Shown here: positions 12,083-24,917 of the stretch, piece after piece
How positions within the stretch are numbered: position 1 is the first letter of the stretch
Layout: each line of letters opens with the position of its first letter
Source: Malacoraja senta
Lineage: Eukaryota
NCBI GenBank assembly: GCA_038087875.1
Contig: CM075988.1
Span: forward strand, 17,858,001 to 17,922,000
Direction: 5' to 3'
Length of the DNA stretch: 64,000 bases
Made by a program: the position numbers and the translations under genes
Notes under the pieces: generated by a model
Told to the model about the DNA's origin: nothing
Seen by the model: the letters and a program-made list of their open reading frames with translations, nothing else
Database searches by the model: none

Positions 12083-12213
12083 CTCGTGGCATCTAGGAAT
12101 GGTTTGTAGGCTACGACCATCCAGTCGTCTTTATTTGCGGCGTACCTGGGCTCCCGCAGAGTCTCTAATTCCGTGTCGAGGTCGACCAGGTAATGGCACT
12201 GCCTGATGTCCAC
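12083..12213 (-). CDS. ALG9: ALG9 coding exon (approx. exon 14, penultimate, 131 nt); VDIRQCHYLVDLDTELETLREPRYAANKDDWMVVAYKPFLDAT(R)
   Basis: Manual translation; CHYLVDLD, REP.Y and PFLDA motifs; acceptor cctcag, donor gtgagc, phase 2 out. Confidence 0.95.
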
Positions 12214-12251
12214 CTGAGGAAATCAGTGTCAGATAAGAGTTTAGAAAAATG

Positions 12252-12910
12252 AGGGGGGGGGTGGGACCGCATTGAAACTTACCGAATAGTGAAAGGCTTG
12301 GATAGAGTGGATGTGGAGAGGATGTTTCCACTAGTGAGAGAGTCTAAAAGTAGAGGCCATAGACTCAGAATAAAAGCACGGTCCTTTAGAAAGGAGATGA
12401 GGAGGAATTTCTTTAGACAGAGGGTGGTGAATCTGTGGAACTCATTGCCACAGACGGTGGTGGAGGCCAAGTCAATGGAAGGTAGACAAAAGTGCTGGAG
12501 AAACTCAGCGGGTGAGGCAGCATCTATGGAGCGAAGGAAATAGGCAACGGTTCGGGCTGAAACCCTTCTTCAGACGCTTCTTCTGTTCTTCTGAAGAAGG
12601 GTTTCGGCCCGAAACGTTGCCTATTTCCTTCGCTCCATAGATGCTGCCTCACCCGCTGAGTTTCTCCAGCACTTTTGTCTACCTTTGATTTTCCAGCATC
12701 TGCAGTTCCCTCTTGAACCCCAAGTCAATGGATATTTTTAAGGCCGGGATTGACAGATTCTTAATTAGTGAGGATGTGCGGGGTTATGGGGTGGAGGCAT
12801 GAGAATGGGGTTGAGGGAAAGATCGATCAGCCCTGATTGAATGGCAGAGTAGACTTGATGGGCTGAATGGCCTTATTCTATTCCTAGAACTTAAGAAATT
12901 ATGAACTTAT
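12252..12910 (+). mobile_element. CR1 LINE 3' fragment, interrupted by a Penelope hairpin insert
   Basis: KGLDRVDVERMFPLV.ES..RGH.LRIK...RVVNLWNSLP; resumes after 12720. Confidence 0.85.
12480..12719. mobile_element. Inverted pair of Penelope/hammerhead modules with 13-bp TSD
   Basis: CCAAGTCAATGGA at 12467-12479 and 12720-12732; core CTGAAGAAGGGTTTCGGCCCGAAACGTTG at 12591-12619. Confidence 0.85.
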
Positions 12911-13749
12911 AATCAAAGAACGCACAGTGAATCCAGCACAGCAGCAGTCGCCTGTCAGGCTCGGAGTTGTACACTGCATTGGCACAGGCACAAGACAAAT
13001 CCATGAACCAGTACATATGTGCAGGTTGATAAGAGCTGATCTTGGCATCATGTTCGGCACAGATATTGTGGGCCGAAGGGCCTGTTCTTGTGCTGTACTC
13101 TTCTATGTTCAATGATCTGCCTGTAATGAATGATCAAAGCGCCAGGAACCTGGGGCTTTCCCCACCCTCCCCTAAAGTTCACGCTACACTGATCAACAAC
13201 AGGAATAGTTCGGAAGATGCAGTGTGCAGGATAGTTATCAATTACCAACATTAATGTGCGTTTGATCCAAAAAGTTCCCAGCCATATCTTCCAGTTGGGA
13301 AATGCATTCTCACTTCAGCTTGGAGTGTTTCAATATATTTATTTACATTGATGTAAAAAATCTCACTCAGATACCAATACCTCTTCCTCCAATACCACCC
13401 GCTGAGTTACTCCAGCATTTTGTGTCTACCGTGTCGTTGCTGGTCTCCTACGTGACTTGTCCCACCTGATTATTCCTCCTGTTCCCTTCTCCCATCCGGC
13501 AGAAGGTACAAAAGTGTGAACCACTAGACAACAGATTCTTCCCTTCTGTTTTCAGGCTTCCATTTTGATTCACCTCTACCCCATTGAGGACATTGGACTT
13601 TGTTTTTGGAACTGGTGCACCACAATGTACTAGAATGCTGAGAACTATATTCTGCACTCGGTATCTTCCTCTCTGCTCGATCTATTATCTTGAGTTTGAA
13701 CTGATTTAATCTGGAAACGTTTTGCCCAGGGCAGAAATATCCAGCACTA

Positions 13750-14067
13750 GGGTGGAATGGTGGCGTAGCGGTAGAGCTAGCTACTGCCTTACAGAGCCAG
13801 AGTCCCGGGATCGATCCTAACTACGGGTGTTGTCTGTATGAAGTTTGTACGCTCTCCCCGTGACCTGCGTAGGGTTTTCGCCGAGATCTTAGGTCTCCTC
13901 CCACACTCTAAAGACGTATAGGTTTGTAGGTTAATTGGCTTGGTATAAATGTAAAATTGTCCCTAGTGTGTGTGTGTAGGATAGTGCTAATGGGCGGGGA
14001 TTGCTGGTCGGTGCGGACCCGGTGGGCCGAAGGGCCTGTTTCCGCGCTTTATCTCGAAACTAAACTA
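13750..14067 (+). mobile_element. tRNA-derived SINE (HE1/V-SINE-like)
   Basis: A-box TGGCGTAGCGG, B-box-like GGATCGATCC, CR1-like 3' stem-loop gggccgaagggcctg, (ctaaa) tail. Confidence 0.85.
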
Positions 14068-14529
14068 GAGGGCATCGCTATAAGGCGAAGTAGACAAATA
14101 TGAAGATGTGTGGGACAAATTTTGCCCGTGACATACTGCCAATGATCATGGTGGAAGCAGATACGAGAGAGGTGTTTTGGAGCCTTTCAGATATGCAGGG
14201 AATGGAGGGATATGGTTCACACACAGGCAGATGAGATCAGTTAAGCATCACTTTCAGCACCGACATTGTGGGCCAAAGGGCCTGTTGCACTGCTGTACTG
14301 TTCCATGTTGTATGCACGAGTGTGTATATACTGTATATATATGATCTATATATATATATATGTATTTGTGAGTATGTGTATATCTACAGTACACACACTG
14401 AACGTATTTTTTGTCTCGTTATTATATTGTTTCCAGTGTACTATGTTTAACATATTCTGTGCTGCTATAAGTAAGAATTTCATTGTTCAATCTGGGACAT
14501 ATATGACAATAAAACATTCTTGACTCTAT

Positions 14530-14815
14530 TAAGAATAAGGGGTCGGCCATTTAGGACTGAGCTGAGGAAAAAACGTTTTCACCCAGAGAGTTGTGAATCT
14601 GTGGAATTCTCTGCCACAGAAGGCAGTGGAGGCCAATTCACAGGATATTTGCAAGAAAGAGTTAGATTTAGCTCTTAAGGCTAACGGAATCAAGGGATAT
14701 GGGGAGAAAACGGGAACGGGGTACTAATTTTGGATGATCAGCCATGATCATATTGAATGGCGGTGCTGGTTCGAAGGGCTGAATGGCCTTCTTAACCTAT
14801 TTTCTATGTTTCTAT
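14530..14815 (+). mobile_element. CR1 LINE 3' end fragment
   Basis: Same family as 10050-10392. Confidence 0.8.
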
Positions 14816-16834
14816 GACACCAGGTAACAAGACCATAATGCTGAGTTACTCCAGTACTTTGATGTTTGCTTAGAATTCCAGCATCTGCAGGCTCTCGTGT
14901 TTCCCTCCAGCCCCCCCGCCTCCCACCACCTATTCTCTTGAAAAGATTGAGTGTGTAGAAAACATCATGGCAGAATACTGGTTTAGTTTGGATGATTTAC
15001 AATAACACTGCTGCTTCACCTGAAGGCATTTCAATATAAGAAGCAGGTTTCCCATCAGCTGTGTCTGAAATTATTTACACAACAATTCACAGTGTCAGAG
15101 TGATACAGCATGGAAACAGATCCTTCAACCAACTTGCCCACGGCGACCAAGGTGTCCTATCTACACTGGTCCCACCTGCCCGCCTATCACTCTAAACCTT
15201 TCCTATCCATGTACCGGTCCAATTGTTTCTTAAATTTTATGATAGTCCCAGCCTAACTGCCTCCTCTGGCACTTGTTCCATACACCCATCACCTCTGTGT
15301 TAACGGTTGCCCTCTAGGTTCCTGTTAAATCTCTCCCCTCTCACCTTAAACTTATGTCCTCTGCTTCTTGATACCCCTACGGTGGGTAAAGGACTCTGCG
15401 CGTTTACTCTCTCAATTCCCCTCTTGATCTCATGCACCTCTTTAAGATCAGCTCTCACCGACTGTGCATTCACCCGATCTATTCCCAAAGGAAATAATGT
15501 ATTTGCGTTATTCCCAAGCCTGCTGTCGTTCCATTGGCAAGATTCCCCCAGTGCTGCAGCATTATCAGATCTGTCGCGGATATTGCTGGTGTCTGCCTGG
15601 TGTCCCTTTCAGTGACGGCATTGATCACGCCTCAGTGATCTCTTTGACATCTTTCCTTTTCATTGCTGCTCATGCAGTCGGTGATGAACAGTGTAAGCAG
15701 TGAGGGGGGCAGCCTGCTGACAATGGCTCGGGCTCCGGCACAAAGGGGGAGCGAGTGGTCAGACCCACAGCTCAGACTGACCGTCTCCTCGGCTGAAGCA
15801 GCCCGTCGCCTGTGCCAGCACCAGCCCTGCTCGCTGCCAGCCTGCCCTTTGTTTCCCCAGCACTACAATTAGCTGAAGGCCGAGTTGGCAGGAACTCACA
15901 GGATTTTGCACAGTAACGGTCCACTTGGTACTATGCCATGCTGGCTGTGAACTGGCCACAAAAATGCTTCTCCGGGAGAGGTGGGGGGGGGGGAGAAAGA
16001 AATAATAAAGGAAAGGAATGGTTGGAGACATGACATGGGAAATGGCAGTTTGAGTAGTTGACCCCACAATGGGGACGAGCTCGGATGGACATCTTGGTCA
16101 GCAAAGACAAGATGGGCTGAAGGGCTTGTTTCCACACTTTACATTTATGTAGCTACAATCTATTTTTATTTGTCAGAGGTTATGACAGTGTGACCACCAT
16201 CTAGTCATCACCCATGCAGTTCGTCATCACCCATGCAGTCACCACCCATGCCGAGGCCACCATGCAGGCGGTCACTCATGCCGTCACCCCCCCATGCAGC
16301 CAGCACCCACGCGGTCCATTCTTGCTCCTCTGAACATCTCCCATAAATTTTTATTCTATTCTTCATCCAAGATTCCTGCAATTATTTACAAATAACTACC
16401 AAATAAAATGAGTATTGTCATTCTTTCCTCGAGTATTATTTTGGAGAGAATAATGCAGTGTTGTCAAAGTTTCACAGTGTAGCGGTATTTTGGCAAGATA
16501 CAATAGTTCTTGCAGCTACTGTGGTTTTATATTGAGAAAATCATAATATAGATTGTAACCACATCATTTAATACAATTAAAAAACTATTAAATGACTTCC
16601 AATCCGGTAATCTACTCTGTGGGAGAAACTCCGGGGTATGGAGCAGTTTCCATTTGGAACGTAGAGATGCCAAGCTTGTTCCATTGAGGAAGTTATTCAA
16701 TCTCAGGGTGAAATTCTTACAAAAGTGGTTCAGTAAGAGGTGTTAGCCTCAACATAAAATTCTATATTATAGTAGTCTGGATTATTAACTCACTCAAAAG
16801 ACCACAGCACAAGTCCAATGCAAACACCAAATTT

Positions 16835-16891
16835 TGTGCGCGCGTGTGTGTGTATGTGCGTGTGTGTGTGTGTGTTTGTGTGTGTGCATGC

Positions 16892-16924
<33 letters not shown>

Positions 16925-16932
16925 CGTGTGCA

Positions 16933-16973
<41 letters not shown>

Positions 16974-16986
16974 GCATCCGTGTGCA

Positions 16987-17022
<36 letters not shown>

Positions 17023-17055
17023 CATGCGTGTGTGTGTGTGTGCGTGTGTGTGTGT
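16835..17055. repeat. Compound (TG)n/(CG)n microsatellite
   Basis: Direct reading. Confidence 0.95.
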
Positions 17056-18119
17056 ACGTATCCATTCACTCCCCTGTGCGTAGGAAGAAACTGCAGATGC
17101 TGGTTTAAACCAAAGATAGACACAAAATGTTGGAGTAACTTAGCGGGACAGGCAGCATCTCTGGAGAGAAGGAATGGGTGATGTTTCGAATTGAGACCCT
17201 TCTTCAGACTGAAAGTTACGGGAAAGGGAAACGAGAGATATAGACGATGATATAGAACAAATGAATGAAAGATATGCAAAAAAAAGTAACAATGATAAAT
17301 TGTTACTACATAAATAAAGCTCATTGTTAGCTTGTGTTTACACAAAGGCGTCAATTGAGTTTGGTATGCCTATGTTTTGCCGTGTCCTTGTGTGTACACA
17401 TGCAGGTGACATTGTCTGTCTGCATACATCAGTGTACCTGCATGCACACATTTTACTACTGATAGCCCTCCAGTAGAGATATGTTTTCCTCAGACTCACA
17501 TGTATAAATGACGCTGAGTCTAAATGTTTCCGGCCCCAGGTGGCCGGCGATCGGAACTGGTTCAGGCACAGCTCCTGGGGGCATGATTGACGATGTCACC
17601 CCACCTTCCATGTTCTCCAGCACGGGTAACAACGGGAATGTGGAACGGGTAACGGACAAACAGTAATGTTGGATGTTGCCTGACCCACTGAGTTACTCCA
17701 GCATTTTGTGTATATCTTCAGTATAAACCAGCATCTACAGTCCCTTCCTACACAACATTGCGGGCCAGGCAGCATCTCTGGAGGAAAGGAATAGGTGATG
17801 TTTTGGGTCGAAATCCGTCTGCATGTTAACGTTGGTCTGCTCTCCCCTCCACCACACTCGCTGCCTTGTTTTCTCGCCCTGATCTTTTTTTAAAAATTGT
17901 GTTTTGTTTCAATAACAATATCCCACACAGATCACACAAACACAAACACGCAAACACACACACACGAACACGCACGCACACGAACACACACAAACACACT
18001 CACACACATGGACGCACACACAATTTATGACCATGTCTGAGGAGGGTAATTTAACCTGAGAGTTGGGATTTCTAAACGTCTCAAGTTGCCTTGCAGGCTG
18101 TGACCTGAGATATCAAACT

Positions 18120-19830
18120 TCAGTGGTGAAGAATGCGTCTAGCATGCTTGCCTTTGTGGGACGGGGCACTGAGTACAAGAGTTGGGACGTCAGGACACAC
18201 GATACAGCTGTATCGGACGCCGATGAGACCGCATATGAAATATTACATACAGTTCAGGTCGCCAGGCTAAAGGAGGGATGACATTAAATTGGAACGTATG
18301 CAGGAAAGATTGACAGGCATGTTACCGGGATAAGCGTTTGAATTATAAGAAGAGACTGGATCAGCTGCAATTGTTTTCCCTAGAGCAGAGGAGGCTCAGA
18401 GTTTATAAAATCATGATGGGCTGAATTAAGGTGCACCTTCCCAGAATGGATCTACCCTCCAATAATTGCCCCATTTACTGGTGCTCTCCCCTATTTCTCC
18501 ATTAAATGAACAGGGAGACATTGGCCACTTTTAAAAAGATCTTATGATCTCAGTCTGAGGAAGGGTCTCGACCCGAAACGTCGCCTATTCCTTCTCTCCA
18601 TAGATGCTGCCTCACCCGCAGAGTTTCTCCAACATTTTTGTCCACCTTATGATTTAGAAGATTGAGATGCAAGATAGATATTCTGGCCAGTGGCATGTGA
18701 CCAGTGGAGGCTGTGGAGAGGGTGCAGGGGTGGTTTGCCATAATCAATTGGATTAAGTTTGCACATGACACTAAGGTGGGTGGTATCACAGATAGCGAAG
18801 ATGGTTATCAAAAATTATAGCAGGATCTTGATCAGTTGGGCAAATGGGCTGAGGAACGGTTAACGACGTTTAATGTAGATAAGTGTGAGGTGTTGCATTT
18901 TGGGAAGTCAAAGCAGGGCAAGACTTTCACAATGATTGGTAGGGCCCTGGGGGACTGTTGTAGAGCAAGGGGTACATAGCTCCCTGAAAGTGGCGTCACA
19001 GGTAGAAAGACATGGTACATTGGCTTTCATCAGTCAGGGTCTTGAGTTCAGAAGTTTTGATAATGTGTTACAGTTGTACAAGATGTTGGAAGGATGTCAT
19101 TAAGCTGGAAAGGATGCAGATTAGATTTACGAGGATGTTGCCTGGACGTGTCTGAGCTATAGAGAGGTTCGGTTGACTAGGACGTTATTCCTGGATCATA
19201 GAAGGCGAAGGGTTGGTCTTATAGAGATGTATAAGATCATAAGGGGAAATAGATAGAGTCCTTTATCCAGAGTAGGGGAATCAAGAACCAGAGGACATAG
19301 GTTCAAGGTGAGAGGGGAAAGATTTAATAGGAACCCGAGGAACAACTTTTATTACATAAAGGGTGGTAGGTACATGGAACGAGCTGCTGGAGAAGATAGT
19401 TGAAGTAGGTACTATCACAATGTTTAAAGGACATTTGGACAGATACATGGTTAGGCTAGGTTTAGCGAGATATAGGTAAAACGCAGGCAGGTGGGACTAG
19501 TGTAGATGGGGCTTGTTGGTTGGCGTGGGCAAGTTGGCCGAAGAGCCTATTTCCACGCTGTATGACTCTTTGACTCTATTTAAGAGGAACACGAGGTGTA
19601 ACTTTTTCACACAGATGGTGGTGTATGGAAGGAGTCGCCAGAGGAGGTAGTTGAGGCAGATACAAAACAACTTTTAAAAGACACTAGGCCAGGTACATGG
19701 ATAGGAAAGGTTAAGAGGTATATGGACCAAATGCGGGCAAGCGGGACTAGTGTAGATGGGGCATGTTAGCCGGTGTGGGCTGGTTGGGCCAAAGGGCCTG
19801 TTTCCACACTGTAAGATTCTATGACAGGCT
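18120..19830 (+). mobile_element. Cluster of decayed CR1 LINE fragments (RT and 3' ends)
   Basis: KFA.DTK-like aagtttgcacatgacactaag, qqdldql, kcevlhfg motifs and two CR1 3' tails; a Penelope module is inserted at ~18552-18647. Confidence 0.75.
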
Positions 19831-21118
19831 AGCAAAACTGTAATAAATATATGATTCACACACATTCACCCACAATGAATATGATTCACCCACATCTGGG
19901 TCGGCATGGACATGTTGGGTTGAACAGCTCAATGACGCTATCACTAACCAAGGTGCCTTCCTGAGTCATCCCATTTGCCTGTATTTGGCCCAAATTGCTC
20001 CAAACTACTGTTTCTCAACCTTTGGGCGTAGCATGGGATTGAATCTTGCCCGTGAATGCACCCAAAACCTTTTCTAAGAAATTCTGCAAAATTCCAGCAA
20101 AAGTTGTTGAAATGGTTGACGCACAACTTTGCAGTTGCCGTGCAAGTTTCAGCATGCAATTGGTAGGCAGACAGATGGGCAGGAGCAAATGTTAGGCTTA
20201 ATGTTTCATTATGTGTTCTGCAATATAATCGGAATTTTATTTCATGCTTTAATTTTGCTTTCAATGACTTAATTTGATTTTTATTTAATGCTTTAACTTT
20301 ACAATTTATAAACTACAAAGCCAAATAATAAAATGTTTTGAAAACTCAAATCACTTTGAGAGAATTATTGAATTATCATGCTGTCTTAAAATATGGGTCC
20401 CAAGTCCAAGCGTTTGATCAATTTTCAGCTGCAGATTAATAAGATTGGGAGCCACTGCTCCAAAGCCATCCTAGCCATGAACCCACCCACATGTCTTTTA
20501 AATAAGTTAAATTGTTTGTATCTTCATTTTCTTTGTGTGAATTTAGAGTTAGAGACATACTGCACAGAAACAGGCCCTTCGGCCCAATGTGTCCATGCCA
20601 ACCAAGATGTACGTGTCCCATTTGCCCACGTTTGGCCAATATCCCTCTAAACCTTTCCTATCTAAGTACCAGTCCAAATGTATCCCCTTCACATACCCCA
20701 GGCTCTCAAACCCTGGCAACATCCTAATAAATCTTCTCTGCACTCTTTGCTATGTTCGCTCATAGCTCAAGAGAGATTCTACTATTTATCAGAGCTACAT
20801 CTGACAGAAAGAGTTCTATTCCAGTTCTCCTTTGTTAATCCTCAATTTTTCTTGAATCATTACTTTGGAGAACAACAAATATCAAGTAGATACCAAATGC
20901 TGGAGCATCTCAGTGGGTCAGGCAGCATCTCTGGAGAAAAAGGTTAGGTAATGTTTCTGGTTGAGTCTGGAGAAGGGTCTCGACCGGAAACGCCTTTTAT
21001 TCCTTTTCTCCAGAGATGCTGGCAGACCCGCTGAGTTGCTCCAGTATTTTGTGTCTATCTTCGGTGTAAACCAGCATCTACAGTTCCTTCCTGCACAAAT
21101 ACCAAGTCCCTCACTTAC

Positions 21119-21248
21119 ATATCGTGATGGTTCCTCGCGGTTTTGGTCGTTCATATCCGTGGGCAAGGTTTGAGTGGCTTTCTGTCCTTTGGCAAAGGGC
21201 TTGGGGAGCTGCCCTCGAAACTCTGAAGTGATGAACTGGAGCTGCCAA
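21119..21248 (-). CDS. ALG9: ALG9 coding exon (approx. exon 13, 130 nt); WQLQFITSEFRGQLPKPFAKGQKATQTLPTDMNDQNREEPSRY
   Basis: SEFRGQLP and MNDQN.EEPSRY motifs; acceptor tcccag, donor gtaagt. Confidence 0.97.
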
Positions 21249-21614
21249 CTGGGAAGAAAAAAAAGATAGGTCTTTAGTCTGCTGTGCGATGAAGCAGACA
21301 CTGTTACAAGCCTTAGTTTTCCTTTTTTATATCAGAGCAGGTTCCAGCTGTATGAATTATTACGCCTTCGGGCAAACGTGCACCGTGATGCTGTTTGGAA
21401 GAATAATGACTGGGCCAGGCATAATTCCATCAGTCTTCTGCTGTTCATCAAACTTCAGTGTTGCATCTCCTCCCGCCAGAGCTGGCGAGGCCTCAGTGCC
21501 CCTCATGGGAAAGGTGACGCTTCTGACAAGGCCACAACCTGCGGTGGTGTCAGCAACAATTATACCTCAGCTCTCTGACACAGGACAGCAATCACAAACC
21601 AACGCAAGCCCCCT

Positions 21615-21758
21615 GCACACACTTTAGTACAAGTACCTGTACACACTTTAGTACAAGTGCCCGCACACACTTTAGTACAAGTACCCGCACACACTTTAGT
21701 ACAAGTGCCCGCACACACTTTAGTACAAGTGCCCGCACACACTTTAGTACAAGTCCCC
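21615..21758. repeat. Minisatellite, six copies of a 24-bp unit GCACACACTTTAGTACAAGTGCCC
   Basis: Direct reading; head-to-tail with no spacers. Confidence 0.95.
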
Positions 21759-21865
21759 TTTAGTAGTTTAGTACACTTTAGTACTATTTCTTGCACAATC
21801 TTCTCAAGGTGTGCCCTACTTTAAAGAAGTTCCCATCCTCTCTCCGACAGAAGTTCTGGGAGACT

Positions 21866-22143
21866 TTAGAGAGAGATACAGCATGGAAACAGGCTCTTCG
21901 GCCCACCGAGTTCATGCCGAACAGCGATCATCCCGTACACTAACACTATCCTTTACACTAGGGACAATTTACAATTTGCAGAAGCCAATTAACCTACAAA
22001 CCCTCTCTTTGGAGATGGGAGGAAGCCGGAGCACCCGGGGAAAACTCATGCGGTCACAGGGAGAATGTACAAACTCCGTACAGACAGCACCCTTAGTCAG
22101 GATCGAACCTGGGTCTCTGGTGCTGCTGCGCCACCATGCCTCC
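21866..22143 (-). mobile_element. tRNA-derived SINE (HE1/V-SINE-like)
   Basis: Same family as 60429-60751, B-box GGTTCGATCC on the minus strand. Confidence 0.8.
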
Positions 22144-23152
22144 CTATGGAGACCCTCTCTCACTGCTCCCTCCCCTGTGATTCCTGCCGTTCTCCAGATC
22201 TACGACAATGTGTTTTTTTGTAACAGAATGACTTTGTCTATTCACAGCAAATTTTAGAGAGCTTGCTCTTCCCTTAACTCATAAACTGATCTGAGCCAAG
22301 AGTTGGATCTGCATTGCTGGACCTTCAACTAACAAAAATAAAATGCTAATGAAAATGTTAAATATCTTCAGGCATGTCATGACAGATTGTTAAAACGGAT
22401 CATGTGCGATGTATCAAACTGTGTACACACACTTCTAACTGATAATACCTCTCTCTGTAATGTTTTGCATTCCTTATGTCAAGGTCCTTGGTTAAGCAAA
22501 AGATGTCCTTGGTTGAAGGGCGACCTGCCCAGGGGTCACAGATGTAACCCAGAGATGTACAACCTTCACACTGCACCGTTACTGAGTAGCACCCACTGAC
22601 AATGAATTGTTCATAGAGCCAAACATCGTGGAAACAGGTCCATCGGCCCAACTTGCACACACCGACCAACATGCCCCATCTACACCAGTCCCCACCTGCC
22701 ACGTTTGGCCCATATCCCTCTAAATCTATTTCTATCCATGTCCAAATGTCCTGTCTAAATGTTTCCGCAGAGGTAGTACTTGCCTCAACTTCCTCCTCCA
22801 GCAGTTTGTTCTATATACCCACCAAACTTTTTTAAAAAGTCCTTAGATGCTAATAAAGTCAGAGGGGAAAATGTACAAACTGTGGACAGAAACGGTAGTC
22901 AGAATCGAACCGGGTGTCTGGTGCTGTAAGGCAGCAACTCTACCGCTGTGCCACAAATTGTTATAATTTCATTCTCAAGCACAACTTCTGCAGCATCCCC
23001 TTGGTTTTAGTACAGGCCTTCAAATCTGTGAAAGGCTGTGGCAACATAGGTGATATAAAACAAGCTTCTCACTTGACCCGCAATGTTTCTCGAGCATAAG
23101 CCATCATTGCCGGGTGGTCGGGTAAATGAGTGGAGGCAGTGAAGTGACTTAC

Positions 23153-23300
23153 TTGTCGGGGAGGAGGAAGCTACTGGGGAAGCGATACCACTCCTTTCCA
23201 ACGCAAACGTTGATTGGCCGCCCCTCGGGTACGGTGTGAATGGTCGGGTCAGTCGCTATCCGGTGGAACTCTGGGTACAGGTCGAGTGGAGCATGGTAAC
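23153..23300 (-). CDS. ALG9: ALG9 coding exon (approx. exon 12, 148 nt); YHAPLDLYPEFHRIATDPTIHTVPEGRPINVCVGKEWYRFPSSFLLPD(N)
   Basis: ALG9 signature VCVGKEWYRFPSSF; acceptor ctacag, donor gtaagt. Confidence 0.97.
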
Positions 23301-23359
23301 CTGTAGGTTCAACAGCAAGTCAACAAGGTGGGATTCCCTTAGCCTGTTTATTCAAGTGA

Positions 23360-24085
23360 TAACCTCCCCGTGTTCATCGGGAACACCGGATGTAGTAGAT
23401 GAGATTAGAGGAGGTGCACGCGAACCGTTGTCTCACCTGGAAGGACTGCTGGGATCCATGGATGGAGGCTGGGGAAGTATAGAGACCCCAGGTCGGTGTG
23501 TTTACATCTCTTGTGGTTGCAGGGGAAAGTACCTGTGGAGGGTGGTTGGGATGGGAAGGGATGAGTGAACAAATGAGTTGCAGAGGGAGCAGTCTCTGCG
23601 GAAAGTGGACAGGGGTGGCGATGGGGAGATATGACTGGTGGTGGGATCACGTTGGAGATGATGGAACAGTATGTGTTGGTTGCGGAGGCTGGTGAGGCCC
23701 AGGAGAACTCTATCCTTATTCCGCATGGGATAAGGAGGAGTGAGAGTAGAGATCCATCCACAACAGCAGGGACAGAGGAACCATGTTTACTGAAGAAGGA
23801 GGACATCTCGGATGTCCTAGAATGGTGAGCGTCATCTTGGGAGCAGCTGCGGTATTTAGGGAGAAATTGAGAGTGGGAGATAGTGGCCTTGCAAGAGGAA
23901 GGGTGGGAGGAGTTGTAGCAAGGTTCAAGAAGGAACTGCAGATGCTGGAGAATCGAAGGTAGACAAAATTGCTGGAGAAACTCAGCGGGTGCGGCAGCAT
24001 CCATGGAGCGAAGGAAATAGGCAACGTTTCGGGCCGAAACCCTTCTTCAGACCTTCTTCAGAGTTGTAGCAATCTGTCTACCTGT
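23360..24085 (-). mobile_element. Decayed Penelope fragment (RT end / GIY-YIG start) with a nested hammerhead module at 23922-24060
   Basis: Similar to 32930-33510; the nested insert has TSD GAGTTGTAGCAA at 23910-23921 and 24061-24072. Confidence 0.8.
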
Positions 24086-24378
24086 CTGTTCTGCTCCATA
24101 CAAACCAGTATTTGTGTAGATACTTGCTGGAATATCTGAAGAAGGGTCTCGACCCGTAACATCATCTATTCCTTTTCTCCAGAGAAGCCCTGACCCGCTG
24201 AGTTACTCCAGCGCTTTGTGTCTGTCTTCGGTTTAAACCAGCACCTGCCACCTGCAGTTCCTTCCTACACATTTTGTCAGCTGGAATATTTACCAGTATT
24301 GCACCCAATGATGAAGATTTATCATTACACCATCGAAAGGCGATCACCACAATGAAGAATGTCCAGCTACTAACTAAC

Positions 24379-24508
24379 CTCTGAACAAAGCCACTGAGCG
24401 AGAGAGAGACAGGAATCCAAACAGGGTGACTGTGCCCAAAGCCAGCCAGTTGGAGGAGACAGTGTAGTGGTCCGGCCTGTATCGTTGGAACAGGAAATGG
24501 TAAGATTT
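24379..24508 (-). CDS. ALG9: ALG9 coding exon (approx. exon 11, 130 nt); KSYHFLFQRYRPDHYTVSSNWLALGTVTLFGFLSLSRSVALFR(G)
   Basis: Manual translation; polypyrimidine tract plus ttccag acceptor, donor gttagt; matches KCYHFVFQRYRLEHYTVTSNWLALG...SRSVALFRG. Confidence 0.95.
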
Positions 24509-24917
24509 CTGGAAAAAGAGAGAAAAATATTACAGTTACCTCACAGCATTGACTAGAAGGTCAGTGATGAGGTTCCTCTGAGCCGAAAAGTCACCTACCC
24601 ACATTCTCCAGAGATGCTGCTGAACCCGCAGGGTTACTCCAGCACTTTTGTGTATTAACCAGCATCTGCAGTTCCTTGTTTTTACCTATAACTTGATATT
24701 TACACCGTTGTCAGTGCAGTTCAGTTTAGTTCATTGTTACGTGTGCCGAGGTACAGTGAAAAGCTGACCAGTGTTGCAAGCCATCCAGGCAGTGGAAAGA
24801 CAATACATGACAACAATTGAGCCTTATATAATGTATAGATACATGATAAGGAAGCACATTTAGTGCAAGGTAAAGCCAGTAAAGTCCAATCAAAGATAGT
24901 CCGAGGGTCACCAAGTA

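Noticed and set aside
16200..16315. Degenerate CACCCATGC repeat cluster (also the CTAATGTACAG cluster at 63760-63890)
   Set aside because: Short decayed minisatellites with no further structure.
16762..17354. His/Thr- or Cys/Val-rich ORFs (also 49712-50583)
   Set aside because: These are translations of (TG)n microsatellites.
21615..21758. CRISPR-like array
   Set aside because: Units are head-to-tail with no unique spacers, there are no cas genes, and the context is a eukaryotic intron.
24509..24531. Alternative acceptor 21 nt upstream of exon 11, as recalled for the longer human ALG9 isoform
   Set aside because: The equivalent position reads AA, not AG, so it is unsupported here.
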